DNA of 64,000 nucleotides from Candidatus Peribacterales bacterium (GTDB lineage Bacteria; Patescibacteriota; Gracilibacteria; Peribacterales; Peribacteraceae), in NCBI GenBank assembly GCA_020058765.1, contig JAGVDM010000003.1:52019-116018 (forward strand), written 5' to 3'. Shown piece by piece: positions 36,676 through 45,961 of this stretch. The notes beneath the pieces were generated by a model, which ran no database searches, had not been told where the DNA came from, and was given only the letters and a program-made list of their open reading frames with translations. Within the stretch, counting starts at the first letter, position 1. The number at the start of each line of letters is the position of its first letter. Position numbers and translations under genes: made by a program.

Positions 36676-37674
36676 ATGCCTACTCTCCTCTCCATCGCCG
36701 CCATTCTGGGCGGATTCGTCTTGCTCATCAAAGGAGCCGACTGGCTCGTAGACGGCGCATCGTCCATCGCACAGCGACTGAACATTCCCGATCTCGTAAT
36801 CGGTCTTACGATTGTGGCATTCGGTACGTCAGCTCCAGAGCTGATCGTGAACATCATTGCGAGCTTGCGGGGCAATGCAGACATCGCCATCGGCAACATT
36901 GTAGGGAGCAACATCGCCAACACACTGCTCATCTTGGGCGTGGCAGCCATGCTCTTCCCGCTGCGTGTGCAACGGAGCACCGTGCTGAAGGAAATCCCGT
37001 TCTCCATCCTTGCCGCACTTGTACTGTTCCTTATGGCCAATGACCAGTTGATTGATGGATATAGCGCATCGGAAATCGGCAGAGGCGACGGCCTGATCCT
37101 CATGTGCTTCTTTTGCATCTTCCTCTACTACACGTTCGGCATGGCAAGCGCTGGCAAAGCAGAAGACCTCTCTGCCCCCAAGCGCAGCACACTCATGGCA
37201 ACAGGCATGATGGCCATCGGCCTTGTTGGCCTAGGAATAGGCGGAGAATTCGTGGTACGAGGAGCAACCCAGATTGCCGAGCTGCTCGGTATTAGCCAAG
37301 CGCTCATCGGCCTTACAATTGTTGCCGTGGGTACATCGCTCCCCGAGCTGATGACCTCGGTCATTGCCGCTCTCAAGCACAAGCCAGATATTTCTGTAGG
37401 GAACATTGTGGGCAGCAATATCTTCAATATCTTCTGGATCCTGGGCGCAAGCGCCGTCATTCAGCCACTACCATTCTCCGCTGCCATCAATCCCGATCTG
37501 CTCGTAGTGATCGGCTCTGCGGTACTGCTGTTCCTCTTCATCCATACAGGGGGCATTCACAAACGGCTGCTCTTCTGGCGGCAGCGCGATGGCCACATCA
37601 TTACACGCGTGGAAGGAGCACTGCTCCTCGCGTGCTACGTAGGATACGTGTGCTTCGCGGCGCTGCGCGGGTAA
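36676..37674 (+). CDS. Ca2+/Na+ antiporter (YrbG/CaCA family)
   Basis: Two alpha repeats, GTSAPE and GTSLPE, with GNIVGSNI. Confidence 0.93.
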   Translation: MPTLLSIAAILGGFVLLIKGADWLVDGASSIAQRLNIPDLVIGLTIVAFGTSAPELIVNIIASLRGNADIAIGNIVGSNIANTLLILGVAAMLFPLRVQRSTVLKEIPFSILAALVLFLMANDQLIDGYSASEIGRGDGLILMCFFCIFLYYTFGMASAGKAEDLSAPKRSTLMATGMMAIGLVGLGIGGEFVVRGATQIAELLGISQALIGLTIVAVGTSLPELMTSVIAALKHKPDISVGNIVGSNIFNIFWILGASAVIQPLPFSAAINPDLLVVIGSAVLLFLFIHTGGIHKRLLFWRQRDGHIITRVEGALLLACYVGYVCFAALRG

Positions 37675-37678
37675 CAAA

Positions 37679-37709
37679 AAAACCGACCAGGGATTGCCCG
37701 GCCGGTTTT
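37679..37709. terminator. Probable terminator between convergent genes
   Basis: AAAACCG...CGGTTTT stem flanked by an A-run. Confidence 0.55.
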
Positions 37710-37731
37710 GTGGAATGACGAGTGAGGAAAT

Positions 37732-37968
37732 TTATTCGACTTCCTCTTCCTGCATCACGCGGACGCCGGCCTCCATTTCGGCCTCGCCCTCAACCATAGC
37801 CTCGTCGGCTGCCATGTCCTCATCCTTCATCACGGTGCCATCTGGGACAACATGTTCGCCTTCCATAGCTTCGCCTTCCATTGCCTCATCGGCGGATGGC
37901 TGCTGTGCTGGGCTGCATGCTGCGAGGAGCATTGCGACAGAGAACGCTGCAAATACGGACTTCTTCAT
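37732..37968 (-). CDS. Small acidic Met-rich lipoprotein
   Basis: MKKSVFAAFSVAMLLAAC lipobox; EAMEG repeats; HVVPDGTVM. Confidence 0.75.
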   Translation of the reverse strand: MKKSVFAAFSVAMLLAACSPAQQPSADEAMEGEAMEGEHVVPDGTVMKDEDMAADEAMVEGEAEMEAGVRVMQEEEVE

Positions 37969-38093
37969 GGAAATGGGGGAAAATAACGCGCCCATGCTAG
38001 TGCCGTGGGAGGGCAATTGACAAGCCAAGAATAGGGAAAAGTTCCGTATTCTCGCTTTGCATAGCGATGGCGCTCCTGCATAATTCGGCGCGT

Positions 38094-38192
38094 GCCACGG
38101 TAGCTCAGTTGGCCGCGTCGACGCTTGCGAGACGCGCAATCAAAGAAACTGTGCTCGGTTGGCTATCGATCTTTCCACTATTGTAGGGACAT
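38094..38192 (+). repeat. tRNA-leader unit: copy of the first 19 nt of tRNA(CAT) plus hairpin
   Basis: TGCCACGGTAGCTCAGTTGG at 38093 and 38192; then GCGTC-GA-CGC-TT-GCG-A-GACGC. Confidence 0.8.
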
Positions 38193-38268
38193 GCCACGGT
38201 AGCTCAGTTGGTAGAGCACGGGACTCATAAGCCCGGGGTCACCAGTTCAATCCTGGTCCGTGGCACCA
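38193..38268 (+). tRNA. tRNA with CAT anticodon (elongator Met or Ile2)
   Basis: Acceptor GCCACGG/CCGTGGC (1-72 paired, so not initiator); loop CTCATAA; T-loop TTCAATC; CCA. Confidence 0.88.
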
Positions 38269-38659
38269 TCAAGATGTATTAGACCCACTATGCAAAATCC
38301 GACTGAATATCGTGGCCCCACCATTCAATTGTCACCCATCTTTGAGGGGTCTGATGGACGTCCTTCTGTAATGTTTTGGACCGAAAAGACGCGGGGAAGT
38401 GTTATGGGGATACTCCAATATCACGAAGATAGCGGATGGATACTGGCACAACGGCACCCATGGACCGAGTACGATATTCCAGACTACATCATCGAACAGG
38501 CTCCTGTAGCTGCCGATGTTCAATACCCCAATGGCATTGGCTCACACTACAATCCTTCACACCCGCTTGGACATCCACAGAGTCGAGATTTGCCCTGATG
38601 AGAAAGGTGCTCGGCTCGACCACAAGTAGAAAAATCATCTCTAATGGTCCGTGGCACCA
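38254..38659. mobile_element. Small islet at the tRNA(CAT) 3' end bounded by 15-bp direct repeats
   Basis: TGGTCCGTGGCACCA at 38254-38268 and 38645-38659; one ORF between. Confidence 0.7.
38290..38598 (+). CDS. Hypothetical protein (islet cargo)
   Basis: 102-aa ORF MQNPTEYRGP... filling the islet. Confidence 0.5.
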   Translation: MQNPTEYRGPTIQLSPIFEGSDGRPSVMFWTEKTRGSVMGILQYHEDSGWILAQRHPWTEYDIPDYIIEQAPVAADVQYPNGIGSHYNPSHPLGHPQSRDLP

Positions 38660-38789
38660 CGATACTTGTAAGCCACGCTCGCTCAGTTGCCACCGGTGGA
38701 GCCGCAAAAGGCTTGGATCGCAGTCCTCACAGAGGAGTCCGTAATGCTACAAACTGTAGTAACTTGCTGTGTGATGATACGATTGAAAC

Positions 38790-39140
38790 ATGAGTGAGAA
38801 CAAAAAAACGATCGAGCAGTACATCGATGGCTTCAACACACTGAACCATGCTCAGATTCTTGATTGCCTTACTGAGGATGTCGAATGGGTTATGCCAGGA
38901 TTCTTTCATCATGTTGGAAAGGAGGCCTTTGATAAGGAAATCGAAAACCCTGCATTCTCTGGGGCGCCAGTTGTCACTATCAAACGCATGACAGAAGAAA
39001 ACAACGTGGTGATTGCCGAGGGAACGGTTCTCGCACAGAAGGCATCGGGCGAGAAGTTGCCACTCATCTTCTGTGATGTCTTTGAAATGCGTAACGGAAA
39101 GATTCAGAAATTGATCGGCTACATCGCCGAGGGTACATAG
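38790..39140 (+). CDS. NTF2-like/SnoaL-like protein
   Basis: LTEDVEW..PG...GK, V.AEG, FCDVFEMRNGKI. Confidence 0.85.
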   Translation: MSENKKTIEQYIDGFNTLNHAQILDCLTEDVEWVMPGFFHHVGKEAFDKEIENPAFSGAPVVTIKRMTEENNVVIAEGTVLAQKASGEKLPLIFCDVFEMRNGKIQKLIGYIAEGT

Positions 39141-39181
39141 CGCATATTCCCTATATCACGCTTTTGTGCCATGCTCCGTCC

Positions 39182-39781
39182 ATGAAGCACCTCTCCACAG
39201 TATTCATTGCAGTCATCTCGGGTCTTGTTGGTGGCGCATTGGCCACCGCATTGCCGGAACTCATTGCACCGAGCAATGAAGATCTGATTCGTGATTTCTA
39301 CCGCACAGAGACCGCGGTACACGTGAGCCCACATAGCCTGCGAACGAAGATGGATGAACGCGTGAACGACTACGTATTAGTCGACCTCCGTAGCCAAGAA
39401 GAGTACGAGCGAGAGCACATTGCAGGAGCAATCAACATTCCCGCCTACAGCGATCCAGATACATCGGCATATGGAGATGTGGAGCGCATTGTTGGTGCAT
39501 TCAAGGCACTCTCTCCAGAGAAGCACGTCATCGTATACTGCTACTCCATGCCATGCATGACAGGTCGCAAGATCGGCAACATGCTCGCGGAACATGACGT
39601 GTATGTGCAGCACCTTGGTATTGGCTGGAACGAGTGGCGGCACTTCTGGAACTTGTGGAACCACGAACATGAGTGGAATGCCACGAAGGTGGAAGACTAC
39701 ATCGTATCGGGATCGGAACCCGGCGAACCCACGAGCGAGCCGAGTATCTCCCCCTGCGTGGAAGGACAGTTCGGGTGCTGA
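39182..39781 (+). CDS. Membrane-anchored rhodanese-like protein
   Basis: LVDLRSQEEYEREHIAGAINIP, VIVYCYS..C, G.GWNEW. Confidence 0.88.
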   Translation: MKHLSTVFIAVISGLVGGALATALPELIAPSNEDLIRDFYRTETAVHVSPHSLRTKMDERVNDYVLVDLRSQEEYEREHIAGAINIPAYSDPDTSAYGDVERIVGAFKALSPEKHVIVYCYSMPCMTGRKIGNMLAEHDVYVQHLGIGWNEWRHFWNLWNHEHEWNATKVEDYIVSGSEPGEPTSEPSISPCVEGQFGC

Positions 39782-41236
39782 TTACGGCTTGAACACCTTT
39801 CCGTGCGGCTTCTCGTTTGTAAGGAAGTTGGTGAACTGCCATGTGCTGCCGTCCGCAGGCTGCCCCGTAGGCGTCCAGTCCAATGGAACCGAGAGCACTT
39901 TGCCTAGATATGGGGTGGCAACTGCCATCACATCGCGGTGTGGAAGCTGATCAGGAAGAAGCACGCCTTCGTTGGGGTGGCGAATCATCCATGTCACAGC
40001 ACCAAGCACAGACGCGGCCACTTGCAGAGTGGTAGCGTTTTGCCCAGGCACCAAGCGACGGGCTTCTGCAACGTCGAGCACCGTGCCAGTCCACCAAGAC
40101 GTGAAGTCATGACCCATGAGCAGCACTCCTAGCTCATCCACACCATCAGTGATTTCATCGGACATCACACGCCACTTCTCCTGCATCACATACTCACGTT
40201 GGCGCAGATCTTCTAGGCAGCGAATCGCCTCCGGGCACGGGCAGTAGGAATAGTGCACCGTTGGCCTGTGTAGCGCCGTGCCGTCACCATCCCAGAGAGT
40301 GAGTGCATCGGAGATGCTGAATGCTTCGCCGTGACGAACAACCATGCCTACAATCTCCTGGCTCGGCACACGAGACTTCACGAATGTGTTAATACCAAAG
40401 CGCTGCAAACAGATTTGATTCTTGGGCTCGGATGCGTGCGCAAAGCCGTCTTCAGGCATGGATCGTTCATGCGTTCCCCATCCAATTTCCGCAGGCGCAA
40501 TCCCCTCTTCGTAAAAGCCTTCTACGCTCCACGTATTCAGGAAGGTATCTACGCTGTGCGGTGTATTGGTACGCTGAGTATCAATCTCACTAATGTGAAT
40601 CACGCGCAGATCGAGCAATGCGGCGAGCTCAGCGAAATTCTTGTAGCGCATTGCATGTTCAACAGCATGAATGCGGAGGTCATTGGGCTTCTCTGCGCAG
40701 AGTTTTGCACCAATATCCAGCAAACCCATCTTGGTGAAGTGCGACACGAGACCGGGATTTGCACCATGCTCAAGCACTGCCGTTGGCCCTCTCTCATTCG
40801 CCCAACTACGCATGAGATCGCGGATTGCCATGTGACGAACATAGAGCGTTCGATTCCGTGGATCGGCATTCTCTTTTTCTGCGTAGGGATCCCACAGTTC
40901 TACAGAGGTATTGATATAGAGCACGCCGTTCTTGTGGCACCAGTCGAGCATGTCGGTGCAGGCGATATTCCATGCGAGGTCGATGATCAGATCGCCGCGA
41001 GATACAGATTGTGCGAGCTGCATGCCCATTGTTTCCTTTTTGAGTTGCTCCACGCGGAACGTGAGCCCCTGAGGAAGGAGATCCTTCACATGCTCACGAC
41101 CATCCACCATATCCATAATGGTGATCTGTGATGGCGTGATATCCAGGTGACGGAGAAGGAGTGGAAGCGTGCACTTCGCCACGCCTCCAAAGCCGAGGAG
41201 GAGGATGTGTCCTTTGAAGGGAAATTTTTCAATCAT
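39782..41236 (-). CDS. hss: Homospermidine synthase
   Basis: LGFGGV, HGANPGLVSHF, NTWSVEGFYEE, RPTVHYSY.P, QNATTLQV. Start placed at MIEKFPF. Confidence 0.9.
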   Translation of the reverse strand: MIEKFPFKGHILLLGFGGVAKCTLPLLLRHLDITPSQITIMDMVDGREHVKDLLPQGLTFRVEQLKKETMGMQLAQSVSRGDLIIDLAWNIACTDMLDWCHKNGVLYINTSVELWDPYAEKENADPRNRTLYVRHMAIRDLMRSWANERGPTAVLEHGANPGLVSHFTKMGLLDIGAKLCAEKPNDLRIHAVEHAMRYKNFAELAALLDLRVIHISEIDTQRTNTPHSVDTFLNTWSVEGFYEEGIAPAEIGWGTHERSMPEDGFAHASEPKNQICLQRFGINTFVKSRVPSQEIVGMVVRHGEAFSISDALTLWDGDGTALHRPTVHYSYCPCPEAIRCLEDLRQREYVMQEKWRVMSDEITDGVDELGVLLMGHDFTSWWTGTVLDVAEARRLVPGQNATTLQVAASVLGAVTWMIRHPNEGVLLPDQLPHRDVMAVATPYLGKVLSVPLDWTPTGQPADGSTWQFTNFLTNEKPHGKVFKP

Positions 41237-41463
41237 AATGACGCGGAGTGTAACAATATTATTTTCGAAGGGAATAGATTCTTTGGAGAGAAAGTGCACT
41301 TTGGATGCATTTTAAAATTCCAAAGTTGCACAAAATATACGCAATCGCCCCCAAAGTGCATTTTGCGTATTTTGCGTGCTCGCAAAAAATTCCCAGAAAA
41401 ATTCTCCATGGAAACCGTGCGACATACTTGTGAGGCATTCGCGCACTTCGGTAGCGTACCGCA

Positions 41464-41952
41464 GTGCCCCGGGAATACTCCACATCGGAACTCTTGCAAG
41501 AGAGTGCGCAGCTCGAACGTCGCGCATTCGATCTGCTGTGCGATGTGAGTGCGGAAGTAGTGAGGAACGTTGCGAATGTCACATCGGTGGAATTTTGCAG
41601 GGATCAGGATTTGCAACGATTCCGCGATCGTACGGAGAACGACCTACATGCATTCTTTGAAGTAGGAGGCACCATCTACCATTTGCGCGCATACCTTTGC
41701 CACATGCTCGCGCGCCGTCGAGCGGAGGGCGAAGATCCGCAACGTGACTTCCAGAACATCGAACTCACAGGATACCGCAAACCACGAGTTGCACTGCATG
41801 GCGGAACACACTCACTGCGGCAAGATCGTTACCCGTGGGATCCCGCACAAATAGCACGTGCGGTCATTGAGCAGAACGCCGACCTGTTTTTGCAGCGCCA
41901 AACCATGCGGCCACCTGCTGAGGCGGAAGGAACAGGACATACAGCGGAATAA
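41464..41952 (+). CDS. Hypothetical protein
   Basis: 162-aa ORF; 3' end overlaps the convergent HTTM gene. Confidence 0.5.
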   Translation: MPREYSTSELLQESAQLERRAFDLLCDVSAEVVRNVANVTSVEFCRDQDLQRFRDRTENDLHAFFEVGGTIYHLRAYLCHMLARRRAEGEDPQRDFQNIELTGYRKPRVALHGGTHSLRQDRYPWDPAQIARAVIEQNADLFLQRQTMRPPAEAEGTGHTAE

Positions 41953-42760
41953 GCACGAGGAACGACCAAATGGAGAGGAGCAGTGCGATGGCGATATGAA
42001 ACATTGCGCCGAACGCAAAGCCGATCCAGCGCACGCGCGGAATCCAAAAACTCATTGCGAGTAGCACTTCAAACAGAATGATCGCTGGCACGGCTGCGTC
42101 ATACAGCGACGGAGCAATGTCCCAACGAACGATTCTGAACGCGAGTGGCGTCGCCCAACTACTCATAAGTGATGCCCGCAAAATTCCACCGTCCTCCCAC
42201 CCCGGCAACCAGAGCTTCTGCAGCGCGGCACCGAGGTACGTTGCCGTAATCTGCACAGCGAGTAACCGCTGCGGGAGAAGTGATACCGACTCCCATGCGC
42301 GCCAGGTACCTCGTTCTCTGTGCATGCGTAGAGACAATGCCATATCAGCTCCACTGCACAGGAACACGAGGATGAAGAACAGCGAAATACGATGAATAGT
42401 TGCAGGGAACACATGCAACGAGAGCTGCCAGAACTCTAGCCCCAGCACGAGGATGCCTAGCAGACATACGCGCATCCGGTACCCCGCAATGAAACCGATC
42501 AAACAGACCAGGAGCAGTGCGTAGAGCACCGTTACGATGAATGGACTTGGTGCATCGAAGAGCTGCATGCCACTGTAACCATCGCCAAGGAGTGGCATAG
42601 CAACACCCGAAGAAGAAAAGGAGACGAAGAGGACAGGGGCGTACCCTAGTGCGAGCAGCAACCAGAACGAGCCAATTGCTATCCGCGCAATCGCCAGTGC
42701 ATGCGGCGGTACAGCCGCACACCACCATGCATCCCACTGTTTTGCACATCGCAGAATCAT
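41864..42760 (-). CDS. HTTM-domain membrane protein (vitamin-K-dependent carboxylase-like)
   Basis: LAIARIAIG, Q....YLGAALQK...W.DG, G.MFH; ATGA overlap with the upstream gene. Confidence 0.8.
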   Translation of the reverse strand: MILRCAKQWDAWWCAAVPPHALAIARIAIGSFWLLLALGYAPVLFVSFSSSGVAMPLLGDGYSGMQLFDAPSPFIVTVLYALLLVCLIGFIAGYRMRVCLLGILVLGLEFWQLSLHVFPATIHRISLFFILVFLCSGADMALSLRMHRERGTWRAWESVSLLPQRLLAVQITATYLGAALQKLWLPGWEDGGILRASLMSSWATPLAFRIVRWDIAPSLYDAAVPAIILFEVLLAMSFWIPRVRWIGFAFGAMFHIAIALLLSIWSFLVLIPLYVLFLPPQQVAAWFGAAKTGRRSAQ

Positions 42761-43233
42761 GTGGAGCCAACAAGCGTACGAACAACGTGCGGCGGCATGC
42801 GCAGCGCATCGATGCCATCCGGCGAGATCGGCCACTGCTCCTGATACACCTGCACAGTTGCGTATGAACGACCTGCAGCAACCTCTGCATGTTGTACACG
42901 AAGCGCGAAGCGATCATATGCAGCATGAAGCGCGGCATCACCACGATTTGCAAAACTCAAAAAACCCGACCGAACAAATCGCTCTCCACGACGCCCAGGC
43001 AAGTATCGCTCAACGGAAATGGTCTCCCACTCCCCCGTTGCCGTGCGCCCCTCCAGCACAAGATCTTGATGCACCGTTCGGTAGCCCTGATACGGAGACA
43101 TCGTCTGATAACTGAAGCGTGCAAATGTTCGCAGCAGAGGAATTTCTATGCGCCACAGCGTAAACGCCAACCCTCCAAGGGTGATGCACAGATAGGCGAT
43201 GATCACCGCATGCCGGAACGCGAGGAGAAACAT
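42757..43233 (-). CDS. Hypothetical membrane-anchored protein, translationally coupled to the HTTM gene
   Basis: N-terminal TM; 4-bp overlap. Confidence 0.6.
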   Translation of the reverse strand: MFLLAFRHAVIIAYLCITLGGLAFTLWRIEIPLLRTFARFSYQTMSPYQGYRTVHQDLVLEGRTATGEWETISVERYLPGRRGERFVRSGFLSFANRGDAALHAAYDRFALRVQHAEVAAGRSYATVQVYQEQWPISPDGIDALRMPPHVVRTLVGST

Positions 43234-43304
43234 GCAGCACAGCGTAGCAGAGCACAGGAAGAACGGGTGTTGCGGAGCCAATGATCCTCTATACTCTGCG
43301 GGCT

Positions 43305-44039
43305 ATGAGCATCACGCTCGTTTGTTTGCATGGCTGGGGCGGCTCGAAAGATTCATTTCGGGAATTGCGCGATGCGCTCAAAGGATCACACGTGCGCATC
43401 CTCGCACCCGACCTTCCGGGGTTCGGGAATGCCGACGAGCCAGATCGCCCTTGGTCGGTCGACGACTACGCGGACTGGGCGGAGCAGTACATTCAAGAAC
43501 ATGTAGATGGACCCTACGCACTCTTTGGACATTCACACGGTGGTCGCATATGCATCAAGCTCGCCGACCGCTGGGCAGCGAGCAGTACCAGCACGCGCGA
43601 GCCGTTGCATATCTTCCTCTGTGCGGCTGCAGGCATACGTCGTACACGGCACTTCAAACGTCTTCTTGGTCTGCTCCTCGCAAAAGGCGGAAAAGTACTC
43701 CTCGCAATCCCTGGACTGCGCACATTGCAGCCACTCGCAAAAAGACTGCTCTACAAGCTGGTGCGTGTGCATGACTACGAACGGGCATCCGATGTTATGC
43801 GTCAGACACTCATCCTCGTTACCCGTGAAGATTTGCGACCACTCCTCAAGCACATTCGCATTCCCACTACGCTCTTTTGGGGGAAAGACGACAGCATGAC
43901 CCCGCTTGCGGATGGGCAACTCATGCAACAGCGCATTCGCGGAAGTACGCTTAACGTGTACCCAGGCGTGCGACACGGTGTGCACCGTGACCGCGCCGAA
44001 GAGATTGCCACAATCGTTGTGGCAGCACTCCAGCAGTAG
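43305..44039 (+). CDS. Alpha/beta hydrolase
   Basis: LHGWG, DLPGFG, GHSHGG, WG.DD..TP, His near the C-terminus. Confidence 0.92.
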   Translation: MSITLVCLHGWGGSKDSFRELRDALKGSHVRILAPDLPGFGNADEPDRPWSVDDYADWAEQYIQEHVDGPYALFGHSHGGRICIKLADRWAASSTSTREPLHIFLCAAAGIRRTRHFKRLLGLLLAKGGKVLLAIPGLRTLQPLAKRLLYKLVRVHDYERASDVMRQTLILVTREDLRPLLKHIRIPTTLFWGKDDSMTPLADGQLMQQRIRGSTLNVYPGVRHGVHRDRAEEIATIVVAALQQ

Positions 44040-44047
44040 ATACAGAT

Positions 44048-44281
44048 TTACCGACCGGCAGCCCCATGCAAGCGCACACCGTACGGCGTCGCGTCTTGAT
44101 CATCAGGAATACCGTCGCTATCGGCATCTGCAATGCTCGCTGTGAGGTAAAAGTAGTGCGCCGGAGCCGCCTGGATGGCGGAAATCGCTGGCACAACAAC
44201 CGTGACCGCGGTGGAAATCAGTGCCGCAAGCAATACGATGAGCGATGTTTCCTGAGAAACGGGAGTATGGAGGGAACGCAT
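44048..44281 (-). CDS. Small exported protein with a DxDxDG Ca-binding repeat
   Basis: TM segment then DADSDGIPDDQDATP. Confidence 0.55.
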   Translation of the reverse strand: MRSLHTPVSQETSLIVLLAALISTAVTVVVPAISAIQAAPAHYFYLTASIADADSDGIPDDQDATPYGVRLHGAAGR

Positions 44282-44404
44282 GGGTGTGTGTATGAAAGGA
44301 AGTTTTCTGATCAGTGTACCAGAAAATGCCATCCCAGACAATGCTGCCACCGTGCGGAAAACACCTTTGGAGCAATGGGAGAAATGCCGCGTTCACGCTA
44401 GGCT

Positions 44405-45961
44405 ATGTCCATCGATCTGGCTCCCATCCTCGTCGGCCTCACCGTAGGGGCATCTGCATCGCCAATGCTGACGTTTGTGCGTCTGTGGCAGCTCAAAGAA
44501 TGGCGTATTGATCGCCTGCGCGAGCATCTGCGTGCCGAGGGTATTCTGCGTCAGCTTTTCGGAATGTTGCGCCCAGCAATTGTTGCATGTGCCATTGTGC
44601 TCGGCATAGCGCTGCAAGCAACAATGCCATGGGTATGGACGGGCGCACTCGCAGGAATTGCCTGCCTCTCCGTTCTGCAGATTGTGTTACGCAGACAACC
44701 CATGCCCGTATGGACAATGAAAGCGGTGCTCATTACCGCTACCACTCTTTTGTGCACCACCACAGTCGCCGGAGTACTCCTCCTCACGCTAGGGGAAGCG
44801 TGGCTCCTTGCTGTTGCACTCCTCCAACCAGCATGCGTCGCTGTCGCCTGGTTGTTGTGGCGCCCAGTGGACGCCATTCTGAAGCGCAACATTCTGCGGC
44901 GTGCAGCGCGCGTACGAGCCGCACTCCCCGCACAAACAGTAGTGATTGGCATTACAGGGAGCGCCGGAAAAACCACCACCAAAGAACTGCTTGCCCACGT
45001 ACTCGCAGAGAAGCACCCGTTCACTACACCCGCACACGTGAATACGGAAATCGGTGTGGCGCAGTGGATCAACCGTACACTTCCTTCTGTCACTGACTCT
45101 GCAATCATCATTGTAGAAATGGGCGCGTACCGCATGGGGGAAATTGCCCTCCTCTGCCAAGTAGCACAACCAACAATGGGGATTGTGACATCGGTAGGGA
45201 GACAACACATTGCGCTGTTTGGTTCGCAAGAGCGTTTGTGCCAAGCAAAAGGAGAGCTCATTGCCGCACTCCCGAAAGACGGTCATGCGTTCCTGAATGG
45301 AGACAATACACTCTGCGAAAGCCTGCGCAGTAGGGCACAGTGCGCTGTAACCGTTGTGGGCACAGGTGGTCGGGCAGATATGGAGGCGTTTGATATTGAA
45401 GAAACGGAAGACGGTATCGCATTCCGCATCGAGAAGACGCACTACGCAGTGCCGCTGCACGGCACACACAACGTTACCAACGTGCTGCTCGCCATCGCTG
45501 CGGCACGCGCATGTGGCATGAAGACGAGTGACATTGCAGCGCGATTGCGGAGTTTTGTGCCACCAGCGCATACGTTTGCCGTACGCAAAGAACAAGACAC
45601 GCTCATACTCGATGACACACACAACTCGAGCCCAGCAAGCGTGCTTGCTGCAATTGCCTGGGCACGTAATCAACCCGCAGAAGAGAAAGTACTGCTCTTC
45701 AGCGGACTTATTGAACTCGGGGAAAGCCAAGATAGAATCCATGCAGAAATCGGCACAGCAGCAGCGCCAGTATTCGATCGCGTTATCGTACTGTCGCCGC
45801 ACTGTCGCCGCATGGTAGAGAAGGGCTACGGAAAGAAAGTTGAACTGTACGACAAAACGACACCGCGCATTGCACCGACAGCGCTGCTCATCTGCGTAGG
45901 CAGAATGTCACCTCGCGCCATCCAATCGCTTCTGCCGAACTCCCCCGCGCCCACCTCGTGA
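44405..45961 (+). CDS. murF: UDP-MurNAc-tripeptide:D-Ala-D-Ala ligase with N-terminal TM helices
   Basis: GITGSAGKTTTKE, NTEIG, EMGAY..GEI, DDTHNSSP, ELG. Confidence 0.9.
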   Translation: MSIDLAPILVGLTVGASASPMLTFVRLWQLKEWRIDRLREHLRAEGILRQLFGMLRPAIVACAIVLGIALQATMPWVWTGALAGIACLSVLQIVLRRQPMPVWTMKAVLITATTLLCTTTVAGVLLLTLGEAWLLAVALLQPACVAVAWLLWRPVDAILKRNILRRAARVRAALPAQTVVIGITGSAGKTTTKELLAHVLAEKHPFTTPAHVNTEIGVAQWINRTLPSVTDSAIIIVEMGAYRMGEIALLCQVAQPTMGIVTSVGRQHIALFGSQERLCQAKGELIAALPKDGHAFLNGDNTLCESLRSRAQCAVTVVGTGGRADMEAFDIEETEDGIAFRIEKTHYAVPLHGTHNVTNVLLAIAAARACGMKTSDIAARLRSFVPPAHTFAVRKEQDTLILDDTHNSSPASVLAAIAWARNQPAEEKVLLFSGLIELGESQDRIHAEIGTAAAPVFDRVIVLSPHCRRMVEKGYGKKVELYDKTTPRIAPTALLICVGRMSPRAIQSLLPNSPAPTS

